Origin: Alphaproteobacteria bacterium
GTDB taxonomy: Bacteria; Pseudomonadota; Alphaproteobacteria; JBFXJJ01
Assembly: GCA_050175015.1 (NCBI GenBank)
Contig: JBFXJJ010000005.1
Coordinates: 1 to 64,000 of the forward strand
DNA length: 64,000 bases
Direction of reading: 5' to 3'
Both the position numbers and the translations under genes were made by a program. Below the pieces are notes generated by a model. That model did not search any database, was not told the DNA's origin, and saw nothing but the letters and a program-made list of their open reading frames with translations. Shown piece after piece: positions 12,435-22,100 of this stretch (positions are counted from its first letter, which is position 1; each line of letters opens with the position of its first letter).

Positions 12435-12621
12435 TTAAAATATCTTTAACTTATCGTTGTTTTGCTTTTATTAGACGATAACAAAATAAAGTCTTTTTAT
12501 ACTACTATTAAAATAGTATTAAAGCAATATGCTATTAATGATTTACTTTATTAAAGTTATAAGACTATAGTTTGTTAGCCGTTCTATAATTATAAAATTT
12601 CTTAAATTCTAAATGATTATT

Positions 12622-15168
12622 TTAAAAATTAAATTTTATTGCTAAAACGCCAAAATCTTCTTCTTTATCGCCATTATGGTTAAGATTGAACGAGTGCCCT
12701 AAACCAAGGCTTAAGCTATTATTATCATTTTCTATGAGATTATAATTTAAGCCTAAAGTTATCTGCTTGTTTTCAGGAGCAAGATTGGCACTTAAATTTT
12801 GATTGATGATAGATTTATCATAAGTCCTTTTAATCGGGAGGCTTAGTTCCGCATCTCCGTTAGTAATAGCTAGAGGCTGGTTAGCAAAGGCTGTAATTTT
12901 ATCATTTTTATTAAATAATCCCTTTTTGGTAATGCCAAAAGAAAGAGATTGTGATGTAAGCGTTGATATATCCTTTATGAGAGAGCTTTCCGAAACGCCT
13001 AAATTAGTAAAACCATTATAGAAACTGGCGGCTAAACCATAATTGTTATCAAATTCTGTGGCAAAATTAACACCAGTGAAGTAAGTATGGCTGTTTTTGT
13101 CGGTTGCAAAGGCTCCTCTGGCTTTTGTTCCTAAAAAGCCGTTTTCTTCTTCTAACGCACCTAATTCAAAGGCAAACATAGCTTTTTTGTTGTTTAATAA
13201 GAAAGGGGTTTTTAATTCTGAGACAAAGCCATTACTAATAATATCATCTTGAACCGCATTTTCGTAATAACTGTTGCTGCCATCATCATTATGATTAAAA
13301 AACAAGAATTTAATTTCATTATTAGCAAATGACGTTTTAAAACTTATATTATAACTATTATCTTGAAAATTAAGAAAAGGATTAGAAAAACTGCTGTCTA
13401 AATAGGCTAAATCATAATTAATAAATTCATCTTCATAAAGACCTAGGCTAAGGGCAGGGTTTTGGTTATATCCTAGTTCAAAACCTAAATTTTCTGCGGC
13501 ATTATAAGACATAGCAAAGCTTTTTAGAGATGGATTTTTTTCTTTGGTAAATTCATTTTCATCTTGCGTGAGTGAAGTTGAAATTTTGCCTTGCCCATTT
13601 AAATCTAATTCATAATCGGCGGACATTTTCATAACATTGTTTAAATACTGCTGGCTGTTACTGTGAGTTGAGCTTGTTGTAAGACTTTTGCCATTAAGAT
13701 AAAAAGGAAAATCCATACTATCCAAAACCATAACATCAACGCTGGCTAAGGCGTTTTGCAGGCTGTTTCCAAGTGCGCCTCCTGTTTCAATAACACTTCC
13801 GCTTAAAGATGCACTTCCTGACGATGTGTCAGTGCTAAGGGCTAAAGAGGCATTGCCAACAGGGGTTGTTGCGGCATCTAAATCCATAAAACCTTGGCCA
13901 TAGGTATCCTCATCGCTATAAATACCCGTTTTATTAGCTGTTGCAAAAAGTCTGTTAGTAATTTCTGCTGCGGTAACAGAGTCTCCAAACATATCTACAA
14001 GCAATGCTAGTCCGCCAGATACCATCGGGGTTGCCATAGATGTGCCGCTCATCGTGCCATAAGCATTGTCTGGAAGCGTAGAGTAAATGTTTGTTCCTGG
14101 CGCCGCAATGCAAAAATCTTTGGCTATTCCGCAGTGATTACTATAATCAGCTATAGTGCCGCTGGCATCGGTTGCAACAACCGTTACCCAAATATCTTCA
14201 AAACTTTCATAGTCTGTATAAGTTGGAAGCGCAGCATTAAAAGTTGGTTGGTCATTGCCTTGATTTCCCGCTGCCCAAACTAAGAATGTCCTGTTAGACA
14301 AGGCATTTTGTAAAGCTGTATAATACGTTGTGTTTTTTAAAGTAGAGGCTTTAGTTATCGCTTCTGCGGTATTAGATGCGAGGCAGTTGCTGTCATTTCC
14401 AAGCCAACAATAACTGTTATTAATAATATCTGCATTAAAATTATTTATAGCATAGTTAATAGCATTAGCCTCAAGCGTTGTTGTCGTCGCTGAATCTAAA
14501 TTAAGTGAATATAAATTAGCATTATAAGCAACTCCGTGCATTCCAGAATCATTTTTTGCAGCCCCGATGATACCAGCAACATGTGTTCCATGGTTATCAG
14601 CGGTTAAGCCGCTGCAAGTTGTAGAACCAGTTGCGGGGTCATAACAGCCGCTTACATTGGCTGCCAAATCAGTATGGTCGGTATCTACCCAGCCATCAAA
14701 TATGGCAACATTAACACCAGAGCCATTATAATTTCTTGCGTAGGCACCGCTGGCATTGACACTCGCTAGGGCATATTGGTTATTATATTCTGTGGTTTCA
14801 TAATGATCTTCGGAATATACCGTATTGTCATCATTACTAGATGACGTCGTTGTGCTGCTTTTAGATGAACCGCCACTTCCTGCGGCAACAGCAACACCAG
14901 CAATGGCGGCTCCTGCAACCACTGTTACTACTAGCGGCGTAAAAATGCTTCCTGCAGCAACCGCCGTGCCGCCAACGGTAACGGGTGAAGTGTATATGAC
15001 GTAAGGGTAGGGAGCTATTGCAAAATTTTCTTCTACAACATATCTTTCAGCCCAGTCTGATGAAAGCTCCAAACTATTATTGTTAAGAGGTAAGTTTTTA
15101 ATGTTTTCCTTGGCATTTGACACTAATGGAAAGAGCATAAAAACAGCAAAAATAATTTTTTTTATCAT
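12622..15168 (-). CDS. S8 subtilisin-family protease with C-terminal outer-membrane beta domain (autotransporter-like)
   Basis: Signal peptide; triad AIFDG / HGTHVAG / GTSMATP; oxyanion AAGN; amphipathic strands ending in Phe. Confidence 0.9.
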   Translation of the reverse strand: MIKKIIFAVFMLFPLVSNAKENIKNLPLNNNSLELSSDWAERYVVEENFAIAPYPYVIYTSPVTVGGTAVAAGSIFTPLVVTVVAGAAIAGVAVAAGSGGSSKSSTTTSSSNDDNTVYSEDHYETTEYNNQYALASVNASGAYARNYNGSGVNVAIFDGWVDTDHTDLAANVSGCYDPATGSTTCSGLTADNHGTHVAGIIGAAKNDSGMHGVAYNANLYSLNLDSATTTTLEANAINYAINNFNADIINNSYCWLGNDSNCLASNTAEAITKASTLKNTTYYTALQNALSNRTFLVWAAGNQGNDQPTFNAALPTYTDYESFEDIWVTVVATDASGTIADYSNHCGIAKDFCIAAPGTNIYSTLPDNAYGTMSGTSMATPMVSGGLALLVDMFGDSVTAAEITNRLFATANKTGIYSDEDTYGQGFMDLDAATTPVGNASLALSTDTSSGSASLSGSVIETGGALGNSLQNALASVDVMVLDSMDFPFYLNGKSLTTSSTHSNSQQYLNNVMKMSADYELDLNGQGKISTSLTQDENEFTKEKNPSLKSFAMSYNAAENLGFELGYNQNPALSLGLYEDEFINYDLAYLDSSFSNPFLNFQDNSYNISFKTSFANNEIKFLFFNHNDDGSNSYYENAVQDDIISNGFVSELKTPFLLNNKKAMFAFELGALEEENGFLGTKARGAFATDKNSHTYFTGVNFATEFDNNYGLAASFYNGFTNLGVSESSLIKDISTLTSQSLSFGITKKGLFNKNDKITAFANQPLAITNGDAELSLPIKRTYDKSIINQNLSANLAPENKQITLGLNYNLIENDNNSLSLGLGHSFNLNHNGDKEEDFGVLAIKFNF

Positions 15169-15197
15169 CTTATGTATTTTCTAAAATTATATGTTTT

Positions 15198-18100
15198 CTA
15201 AAAATTTTTTCTAAAACTTAAAATTGCAGTTGTTTCACTAGGGGCATTTTTTATATGATTAGGTTCTAAAGTATAGTTTAAGCCTAAACTTATTGATGTT
15301 GTATCCTTTGGTTTTAAGCTATAGAAAGCCCCAAAATTAATTTCTTGTCCCCGAGGGGTTAAATTAACTTTACTGTTTGAAATAGTAACTGAACCGTCAG
15401 TAGAAAGGTCGGTTGGCATTGTTAAGTTAGCTGTTCCTGAGACAACCCTGACAGGCTGATTTACATAAATTCCAAATTGATCGTGTTTTTCTGTGAAATC
15501 GTGCCCGATAAGACCAAACGTGAAATTATCAGTTCTGATATTGGACATATCTTTAACAATAGAATTATATGCTAAATTAGGTGTTGTTATAGCCGTGTTA
15601 TAACTGCTGACCAAGTTAAAATTATCGGCAACAGGTAACTTGGTATTAATTCCTGCAAACCATGTCGGGCTTGATGATGAAACATCAAAAAGCCCATCAC
15701 TTTTAGTTCCCAAGAAAGATTCTTTTTCATTTACGGTTCCTAATTGCAAAGAGATAGACGAACCGTGCTGCAAAGGAATGGAAAATTCACTTATGGCACC
15801 AATGACGCTTGAATCTCCATACATACTGCCTTTGCCTTGGAATATTCCTGATTTAAGTGCAAAAGTATCCATATTTAGGTTAAAAGAAAGAGCCTTGGCA
15901 TCTTCGGCAAGATTGATATAAGGATTAGAAAAAGCAGAATCATCAATTAAAAGTTCTTTGTTGATTGTGCTTTCAGAGAAGCCGAAATCATCAGAAGGAG
16001 AACGATTGTAAGATATTTTTAAGGTGTCACCACTCGTCGTTTTTTGAGTAAAAGCAAAATCGGCAAGCGATGTTATGCTGTCTTTTTTATCATCAGGCAA
16101 ATAAGAACCATTAGCTTGAGTATAATAATTAAATTCTAATTTGCTGTAATCGCCATACCTTACACCTTGAGAATCTTTTATGGCATCAAAATTATTCAAT
16201 GTTGCTTCTAATATGTTTCTTTTAGGTGATAAGCTAACGAATGTCCCCATATTGTAATAAAAAGGAAAATTCATATCGTCTAAAGCCATAACCGTATTTT
16301 GAGCCATACCAAACAAAAGACCATCACCAAAAGCATAACCACTATCAATAGAAGCCGATGATGCATCAAAAGAAATTGATTGGCTTTCAACGGAGGTTCC
16401 TAAGCTTAAAGAAAGTGAACCGACAGGGCTTGTGGCAGCATCTAAATCAAGCAAGCCTTGCCCATAAATTTCTTCATTAGCATAATCACCTGTTTTGTTG
16501 GCGGTATCAAAAAGCCTTTGAATAATTTGGTAGGTTTCAACTGAATGTCCAAACATATCAACTAATATTGCAAGCGCTCCAGACACGTGAGCCGTTGCCA
16601 TAGATGTGCCTGATTCATAGTCATATTGGTTGTTAGAAATTGATGAATAAATACCCGTGTCAGGCTGGTTGCCGTGTCCCCCTGGAGCCGAAATACAAAA
16701 ATCTTTAGCATCGCCGCAATAGTTGCTGTAGTTGGTGGCTTTGCCATCAGAACCAACAGCGTTAACAACAACCCAGTTTTTAATAAGATAAGAGCCGGGA
16801 TTATCCGGGTCCTCAATCCAATATTCATCAAATACAGTGTTGCCGTTAACACTGTCAACAACACTTGCGTAAAGAGGGATAGCCGCATCAACAGAAGGCT
16901 GCTCTTCCATTCCGTTTCCTGTTGGCCATACAAAAATTACTTTTTCTGCAATTCCTTCGGATAATATATCTAAATAAGGTCGATCATCAACGCCAGAACC
17001 AAGCCAGCCTGTAACAATATTCGTTGCCTCAGTTGAGCCGTATACGGCACAAGGATCATCGGTTGTAATGTTAGTACTGCTGTAAACTAAGTTACGTTCA
17101 ACACCGTTAATAGTTCTTCTTATGGTGCAATAGTTAGGATTCATAATGCCTATTCTTTGATCTACGCCGATGTCAAAGAAATGTGTCATTGGGTGTTTTA
17201 AGGCATTTTGAATCATAGTTTCGTTAATACTGCACAACTCCGTCCATACAGGGCTGTCATAGTTAGTATAATCGACACTGCTCATCCAGATATTGTTCGC
17301 ATTACATAAAACGCCAGTACTTTGGATAGCTGTGGTGAAAGCTCCTGAACGCCAAGTAGTTAATGCCGTGGTATATGCTGCGGTGTCTTCTACCGTATTG
17401 CCGTCAGCATCAGTTGTTGTGTAGTCATCAGGGTCAGGTGGCGTGGTTGTTAGATTGCTTAGGTATTGTTCTTTGGAATAAGCATAAAAGCGATCATAAG
17501 TTGGGAATATGTTAGAAGTTAAGATCATAGAATCATAAGCAACTCCCTGCATTTCATTGCCATCTTTAAGACCGGCAATAATGCCTGCAATATGAGTTGC
17601 CTCATCTTTTATTTCGTCTTTGTATTCTTCGCAGTCGTTTGTTCCTTTGTTATCAATAGCGTCATAACACATAGGAACGTTGGTAGTTTCATTGTCTACT
17701 CTAAAGTTTTCGTGTTCATAATCAACTAAACCATCAAGCAGGGCAATTCTAGCGCTGGATCCAGTGTAACCTCGAGCATAAGCAGAGCTTGCATTAATCA
17801 TATCAAGACCATACTGAGCTAGATACTCTGTGGTAACAATTCCATCACTACTCGAAGACGTTTCACTATCACCTCCGCCACCACCGACTCCTGCTGCAAC
17901 AACTCCTGCCGCCGCAACTCCGCCGATAGCCAGTGTTGTTATAACTGATGCCGGAATAACCGAAGCTGCTCCTGCTGCACCTATAGTAGTTGCGGTTGTA
18001 ACAGGTTTAACAACAGTTGGAATTACTCTTATATAGGTTGGTCGAGGATAAATATATGGGCTTGCAGCTAAAACATCTTCAAAGCCATTGTCAAGCAAAG

Positions 18101-18491
18101 AAAAAGTATTGTTATCTAAGGGGTTATTTAGATATTCAGCCTTTTCATAACCAACCTCTGTTTCCTCTGGTAAATCATTTGAAGTACTTTGGTTTGAATC
18201 GTTTAAGTGCTTGTCGTTATGACTTTTTTCAGGATAATCTGATGTCTGTTCGCTGAAAACTACGTTAATAATTTTACTGCTGGTTTCTATATCATCAATA
18301 GTAGCATTGTTGCTTAATTTTGTTGTTTTATGGTTAGTTGTATTATGGTTTTTTACAATGCTTCTAGTTTCAATATCATCAATTGCAGTATTATTATGGA
18401 AAATGGGAAAATCGTAGCCTTTGGCATTAGCTTCTAATGCCCAAAAAACTACGATAAAAGATAACAAATAGATCTTTTGCTTCATCAACAA
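15198..18491 (-). CDS. S8 subtilisin-like autotransporter-like paralogue with catalytic His replaced by Glu
   Basis: ALLDG / DEATHIAG / GTSMATA and PTGN; large insertions; C-terminal beta domain ending in Phe. Confidence 0.88.
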   Translation of the reverse strand: MLMKQKIYLLSFIVVFWALEANAKGYDFPIFHNNTAIDDIETRSIVKNHNTTNHKTTKLSNNATIDDIETSSKIINVVFSEQTSDYPEKSHNDKHLNDSNQSTSNDLPEETEVGYEKAEYLNNPLDNNTFSLLDNGFEDVLAASPYIYPRPTYIRVIPTVVKPVTTATTIGAAGAASVIPASVITTLAIGGVAAAGVVAAGVGGGGGDSETSSSSDGIVTTEYLAQYGLDMINASSAYARGYTGSSARIALLDGLVDYEHENFRVDNETTNVPMCYDAIDNKGTNDCEEYKDEIKDEATHIAGIIAGLKDGNEMQGVAYDSMILTSNIFPTYDRFYAYSKEQYLSNLTTTPPDPDDYTTTDADGNTVEDTAAYTTALTTWRSGAFTTAIQSTGVLCNANNIWMSSVDYTNYDSPVWTELCSINETMIQNALKHPMTHFFDIGVDQRIGIMNPNYCTIRRTINGVERNLVYSSTNITTDDPCAVYGSTEATNIVTGWLGSGVDDRPYLDILSEGIAEKVIFVWPTGNGMEEQPSVDAAIPLYASVVDSVNGNTVFDEYWIEDPDNPGSYLIKNWVVVNAVGSDGKATNYSNYCGDAKDFCISAPGGHGNQPDTGIYSSISNNQYDYESGTSMATAHVSGALAILVDMFGHSVETYQIIQRLFDTANKTGDYANEEIYGQGLLDLDAATSPVGSLSLSLGTSVESQSISFDASSASIDSGYAFGDGLLFGMAQNTVMALDDMNFPFYYNMGTFVSLSPKRNILEATLNNFDAIKDSQGVRYGDYSKLEFNYYTQANGSYLPDDKKDSITSLADFAFTQKTTSGDTLKISYNRSPSDDFGFSESTINKELLIDDSAFSNPYINLAEDAKALSFNLNMDTFALKSGIFQGKGSMYGDSSVIGAISEFSIPLQHGSSISLQLGTVNEKESFLGTKSDGLFDVSSSSPTWFAGINTKLPVADNFNLVSSYNTAITTPNLAYNSIVKDMSNIRTDNFTFGLIGHDFTEKHDQFGIYVNQPVRVVSGTANLTMPTDLSTDGSVTISNSKVNLTPRGQEINFGAFYSLKPKDTTSISLGLNYTLEPNHIKNAPSETTAILSFRKNF

Positions 18492-18580
18492 AAACTATCC
18501 CATAAAAAACAATAAACCTTAAATTAATAAGCATTTTTTTTAGGATATGTCTACAATCTTTTGTACTTTGAGGCTGTTTT

Positions 18581-18600
18581 GATACAAAATGATACAATAT
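18581..18600. repeat. Tandem 10-bp direct repeat upstream of the protease pair
   Basis: GATACAAAAT GATACAATAT. Confidence 0.4.
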
Positions 18601-18843
18601 GTTGTGGATTATTTTTTTAAATTCATACTATGTTTTTTTAAAAAAACAATGTCCAAAGCTTATGAAATCAAGCTTTTTATCGATTTTTATAATAATCTTT
18701 TGAAAGAGTTGTTATTAGTTTTTCTTATAATTTAAGAATATTCTACCCAAATAAAAAATACTATGTTCAAAAAATAGATATTATCATTGATAAAATATAG
18801 TCATTCAAACTTATGAACGTTGTTCAAACGCAAGTTCACAAAA

Positions 18844-19734
18844 TTATTTGAGTAGGGCATAAGACATAATTTTATAAGCAAGTTTTGCCGCTAGAAAATT
18901 GCAACTGTGGAACCCATCTATGGGGGCAAGTTCATTAACATCAGCGCCAACAAAAGTACAAACTTTTGATGCTGCTTTTAGTATTTTCATTGCGTCATTC
19001 CAAAATAACCCGCCAGGTTCTGGCGTGCCTGTTGCAGGCATAAGACTGGCATCAAAGCCGTCAAGATCGAAAGTTACATAAACGTGTTTGTCTTTTAATG
19101 GTTCAATAATATCGTTGATATTCCAAGAAGAGATATCTCTTCCCCAGTGAATGTTGATACGATGTTTGTTATTTTCTAAAAAAGGAATTTCTTCGCTTGA
19201 AATGTTTCTTATGCCGCAGGAGATTAATTTCAGATGTTCAAAATCTAGGCACCTTCTAAGAGCTGCGGCGTGAGAGTAGTGTTCACCGTCATATCCATCT
19301 CTAAGATCGGCGTGAGCATCAAAATGCAGGATAACTAGATCTTGATACTTGCGGGCAAAAGGGCGGATAGCCCCAGATGTTAAAGAATGTTCTCCTCCAA
19401 AGACGACAGGAAACTTTTCGTTGTCAATAAGTTGAGAGACTATTTCATCTAATTTTTCTAAAGCTTTTGGTAAAGATTTAGGTATTTTAAATTCTTTCAG
19501 TGTTGCAACACCATATTGGCGAAAAGGTTCTAACCAAAACTCATCATCAAATAATTCTACTTCGTAAGATGCCTCTATCATCGCCTGTGGTCCTTCAGAT
19601 GTGCCTCCACCATAGGAAACACTAGCCTCAAGACCAAAAGGAACAATAACAGCTTTTGCTTTTTCAGGAGAAACCGCATCTTCTTCAGGTAATCCTAAAA
19701 AAGCATCATTTGGAAGCATATATTCAAATTTCAT
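18844..19734 (-). CDS. speB: Agmatinase-family ureohydrolase
   Basis: GGEHS, HFDAHAD, FDLDGFD and PATGTPEPGG Mn-binding motifs. Confidence 0.93.
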   Translation of the reverse strand: MKFEYMLPNDAFLGLPEEDAVSPEKAKAVIVPFGLEASVSYGGGTSEGPQAMIEASYEVELFDDEFWLEPFRQYGVATLKEFKIPKSLPKALEKLDEIVSQLIDNEKFPVVFGGEHSLTSGAIRPFARKYQDLVILHFDAHADLRDGYDGEHYSHAAALRRCLDFEHLKLISCGIRNISSEEIPFLENNKHRINIHWGRDISSWNINDIIEPLKDKHVYVTFDLDGFDASLMPATGTPEPGGLFWNDAMKILKAASKVCTFVGADVNELAPIDGFHSCNFLAAKLAYKIMSYALLK

Positions 19735-19767
19735 TGGTTAAAACCTTTTGCCCATTTAATTTATTAG

Positions 19768-20810
19768 TTATTTTTTATCAAACATTTTGCTGTATTCACG
19801 AGTTTTACGATTTTTCCAATAACCGCGATGATAAGCATCACTTGCAATCAAAGGAATTACGCTGCCAGCTTCGGCATAAACCATTTGTTCGAATACGGTG
19901 TCAACTTTGCCCCAAGAACAAGCTTCTTTAAGAGTAGATGAGGAGCAAGCACCATCTCTAACATCAGCAACTGTAATTTGAATTGCGTATTTATGCATAT
20001 CAACATCTTTACCTAAAACTTCAGCGCAAACAACGGTATCTTGTACGAAGTTTTTAGGAACACCGCCGCCAATCATTAATAAACCGCTGGTGCCGCCTGC
20101 AATTTTGATGTTGGTTAATTCTCTAAAATCTCTTATAGAGTCAATCGTAACACATTTATCTGGGTTTTTATCTTGATGTAATACCAAGCCAAAGCCTGCA
20201 CTTGAATCTGTGAAAGCAGGGCAGAAAATTGGAACGTTATGTTCATATGCTAATTGAACTAAAGAATTTTTCTTTTTGGAATGTTTAGTTAAATAGCGTC
20301 CCATTTCTCTAATAAATTCTCTTGATGAATAAGGACGAGGTTCTAATTCATCAGCAATTTTACAAATAGTAGCATCGCAGTTTTGCAATTCTTCTTCATC
20401 AATATAGGTATCATAAATACGATCAATATAAAGTTCTCTTAAATCTTTATCATTAACATTTGGGCTGCCTTGATAATGTTTAAAGCCAAGAGCCTCAAAG
20501 AAATCCATATCAACAATGCTTGCCCCAGTTGAAACAATAGCATCAACCATATTATAACGAATTAAATCTGCATATAGCTGCATACAGCCGCCAGCTGATG
20601 TGGAACCTGCAAGCGTTAAAATATAGAGCAGTCTTTATCTTGCAGCATACGGTTATAAATTTCAGCTGCACGAGCAAGGTCTCTTGAGGTAAAGGACATT
20701 TTGCTCATAGAATCAATAATTGGTCTTGCATCAAAAGATGTAAAATCTATGTGTTCAATATGTTTGGTTAAAATATCTTTTTTGGTTAGGCTTTGGTTTT
20801 CGGTTTTCAT
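19768..20810 (-). pseudogene. speY: Deoxyhypusine-synthase-like SpeY, split by a 1-nt deletion (possibly an assembly error)
   Basis: ORFs 20616-20810 and 19768-20583 join as DCSIF-LTLAGSTSAGGCM if one base is added to the A4 run at 20618-20621; GGGVPKNF and SSSTLKEACSWGK motifs present. Confidence 0.85.
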
Positions 20811-20852
20811 TTTTTATTCCTTAAAAATTAAATTAATAAAGTTAGTTGGATT

Positions 20853-22025
20853 TTAAGCTGCAGTTTTGCCTGAGCAGCTTGGAATTCTGGTAAGAGAAGG
20901 GAATTTATCATCAATAATAACAGTTTCATCAGAATAGAAACCGTTGAATTTAGTTCTCATTGTGCTGCCATAAGCGCCTAGCATTTTGATTTCGATATAA
21001 TCGCCTTCTTTCATATCGGAAGGCAACATAAATGGTCCAGGCATAAAGTCAGCACTGTCACAAGTTGGACCATAAAATTTAAACGGAGCAAGTTTTTTGG
21101 TTGATACTCTATCGACTAACTCAGTGGGAAAGATAAAATCAACACCATTTCCAGCATCATAAAGAGCTCCGAAAGTTCCTTCGTTAAGATAAAGAATATT
21201 CTTTTTTCTAAGTTCAACCTTAACAATATAAGATACAGATTCGGCAACTAGCACACGACCAGGTTCACACCAAAGTTCCATCTTTTCATAACCCGGTATT
21301 TGAGTAAAAGCGGCTTTGATGGTCTCAAGATATTTAATCATATTAGGAGGATTAAGCTTAGGATAATGGCACGGAAAACCACCTCCAATATCTACAATAT
21401 CAAGCTCTACCCCAGTTTTTGCTACAATCTTACTAATTGTTTTCAGCGGATTGGAATAAGCATTAGGCTTCATACATTGAGAACCTGCGTGAAAGGAAAT
21501 GCCGAGTTTATTCGCTAACGGACGGGCTTTTTTTAAAAGCGATGCGGCATAATAAGGATACGCTCCAAATTTGCTGGATAATGGTAGAATAGATTTTTTA
21601 TTTTCAATCGCCATACGAACAATTAAATTTAGGTCGCCAGCAAAATTAGTACATTCTAAAATCTTCTGTAATTCATCATCGCAGTCAAAAGCAAAATCTC
21701 TTATGCCATATTCAAAATAAGCTTTAGTTATGGCTAAACGGCTTTTGACAGGGTGCATAAAAGACATATGAGCATTAGGGCTAATGCTGTAAATTGTTTC
21801 TATTTCACCAAGAGAAGCAACGTCAAAATGATTAAGACCATCTTGAACCATTGTTTCAATGATATATGGAGAAGGGTTAGTTTTTACCGCGAACATAGTT
21901 GTTCCCGGAAAATTCTTTTTAAACCAGCGGACTTTCCTGCTTACGGCGTTTGGAAAGTAACACGCTACAGATGAAGCCGGTCTGTTTGTCCGGACCATTT
22001 CTGCAGAGGATTTAAATCTTTGCAT
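20853..22025 (-). CDS. PLP-dependent alanine-racemase-fold (ODC-like) basic amino acid decarboxylase
   Basis: FAVKTN (PLP Lys), FHAGSQ, DIGGGF, EPGR, GPTCDS, GAY; likely start is the ATG at 22025, 9 nt after SD AGGTG. Confidence 0.92.
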   Translation of the reverse strand: MQRFKSSAEMVRTNRPASSVACYFPNAVSRKVRWFKKNFPGTTMFAVKTNPSPYIIETMVQDGLNHFDVASLGEIETIYSISPNAHMSFMHPVKSRLAITKAYFEYGIRDFAFDCDDELQKILECTNFAGDLNLIVRMAIENKKSILPLSSKFGAYPYYAASLLKKARPLANKLGISFHAGSQCMKPNAYSNPLKTISKIVAKTGVELDIVDIGGGFPCHYPKLNPPNMIKYLETIKAAFTQIPGYEKMELWCEPGRVLVAESVSYIVKVELRKKNILYLNEGTFGALYDAGNGVDFIFPTELVDRVSTKKLAPFKFYGPTCDSADFMPGPFMLPSDMKEGDYIEIKMLGAYGSTMRTKFNGFYSDETVIIDDKFPSLTRIPSCSGKTAA

Positions 22026-22033
22026 TTCATAAA

Positions 22034-22100
22034 TCACCTATACAGTAGTTGAACCAAATATTCAGCCCTGGCCACGGTCCGGCTGTACCGAATAGGGAGT
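22034..22100 (-). promoter_or_regulatory. Candidate structured 5' leader (riboswitch/attenuator-like) of the polyamine operon
   Basis: GC-rich island with mutually exclusive pairings, one of which covers the SD; upstream TTTACT-16-TAATAT. Confidence 0.5.

Noticed and set aside
20616-20624. Antizyme-style programmed +1 frameshift in speY
   Set aside because: The conserved continuation is in the -1 frame, and the P-site tRNA cannot re-pair there.
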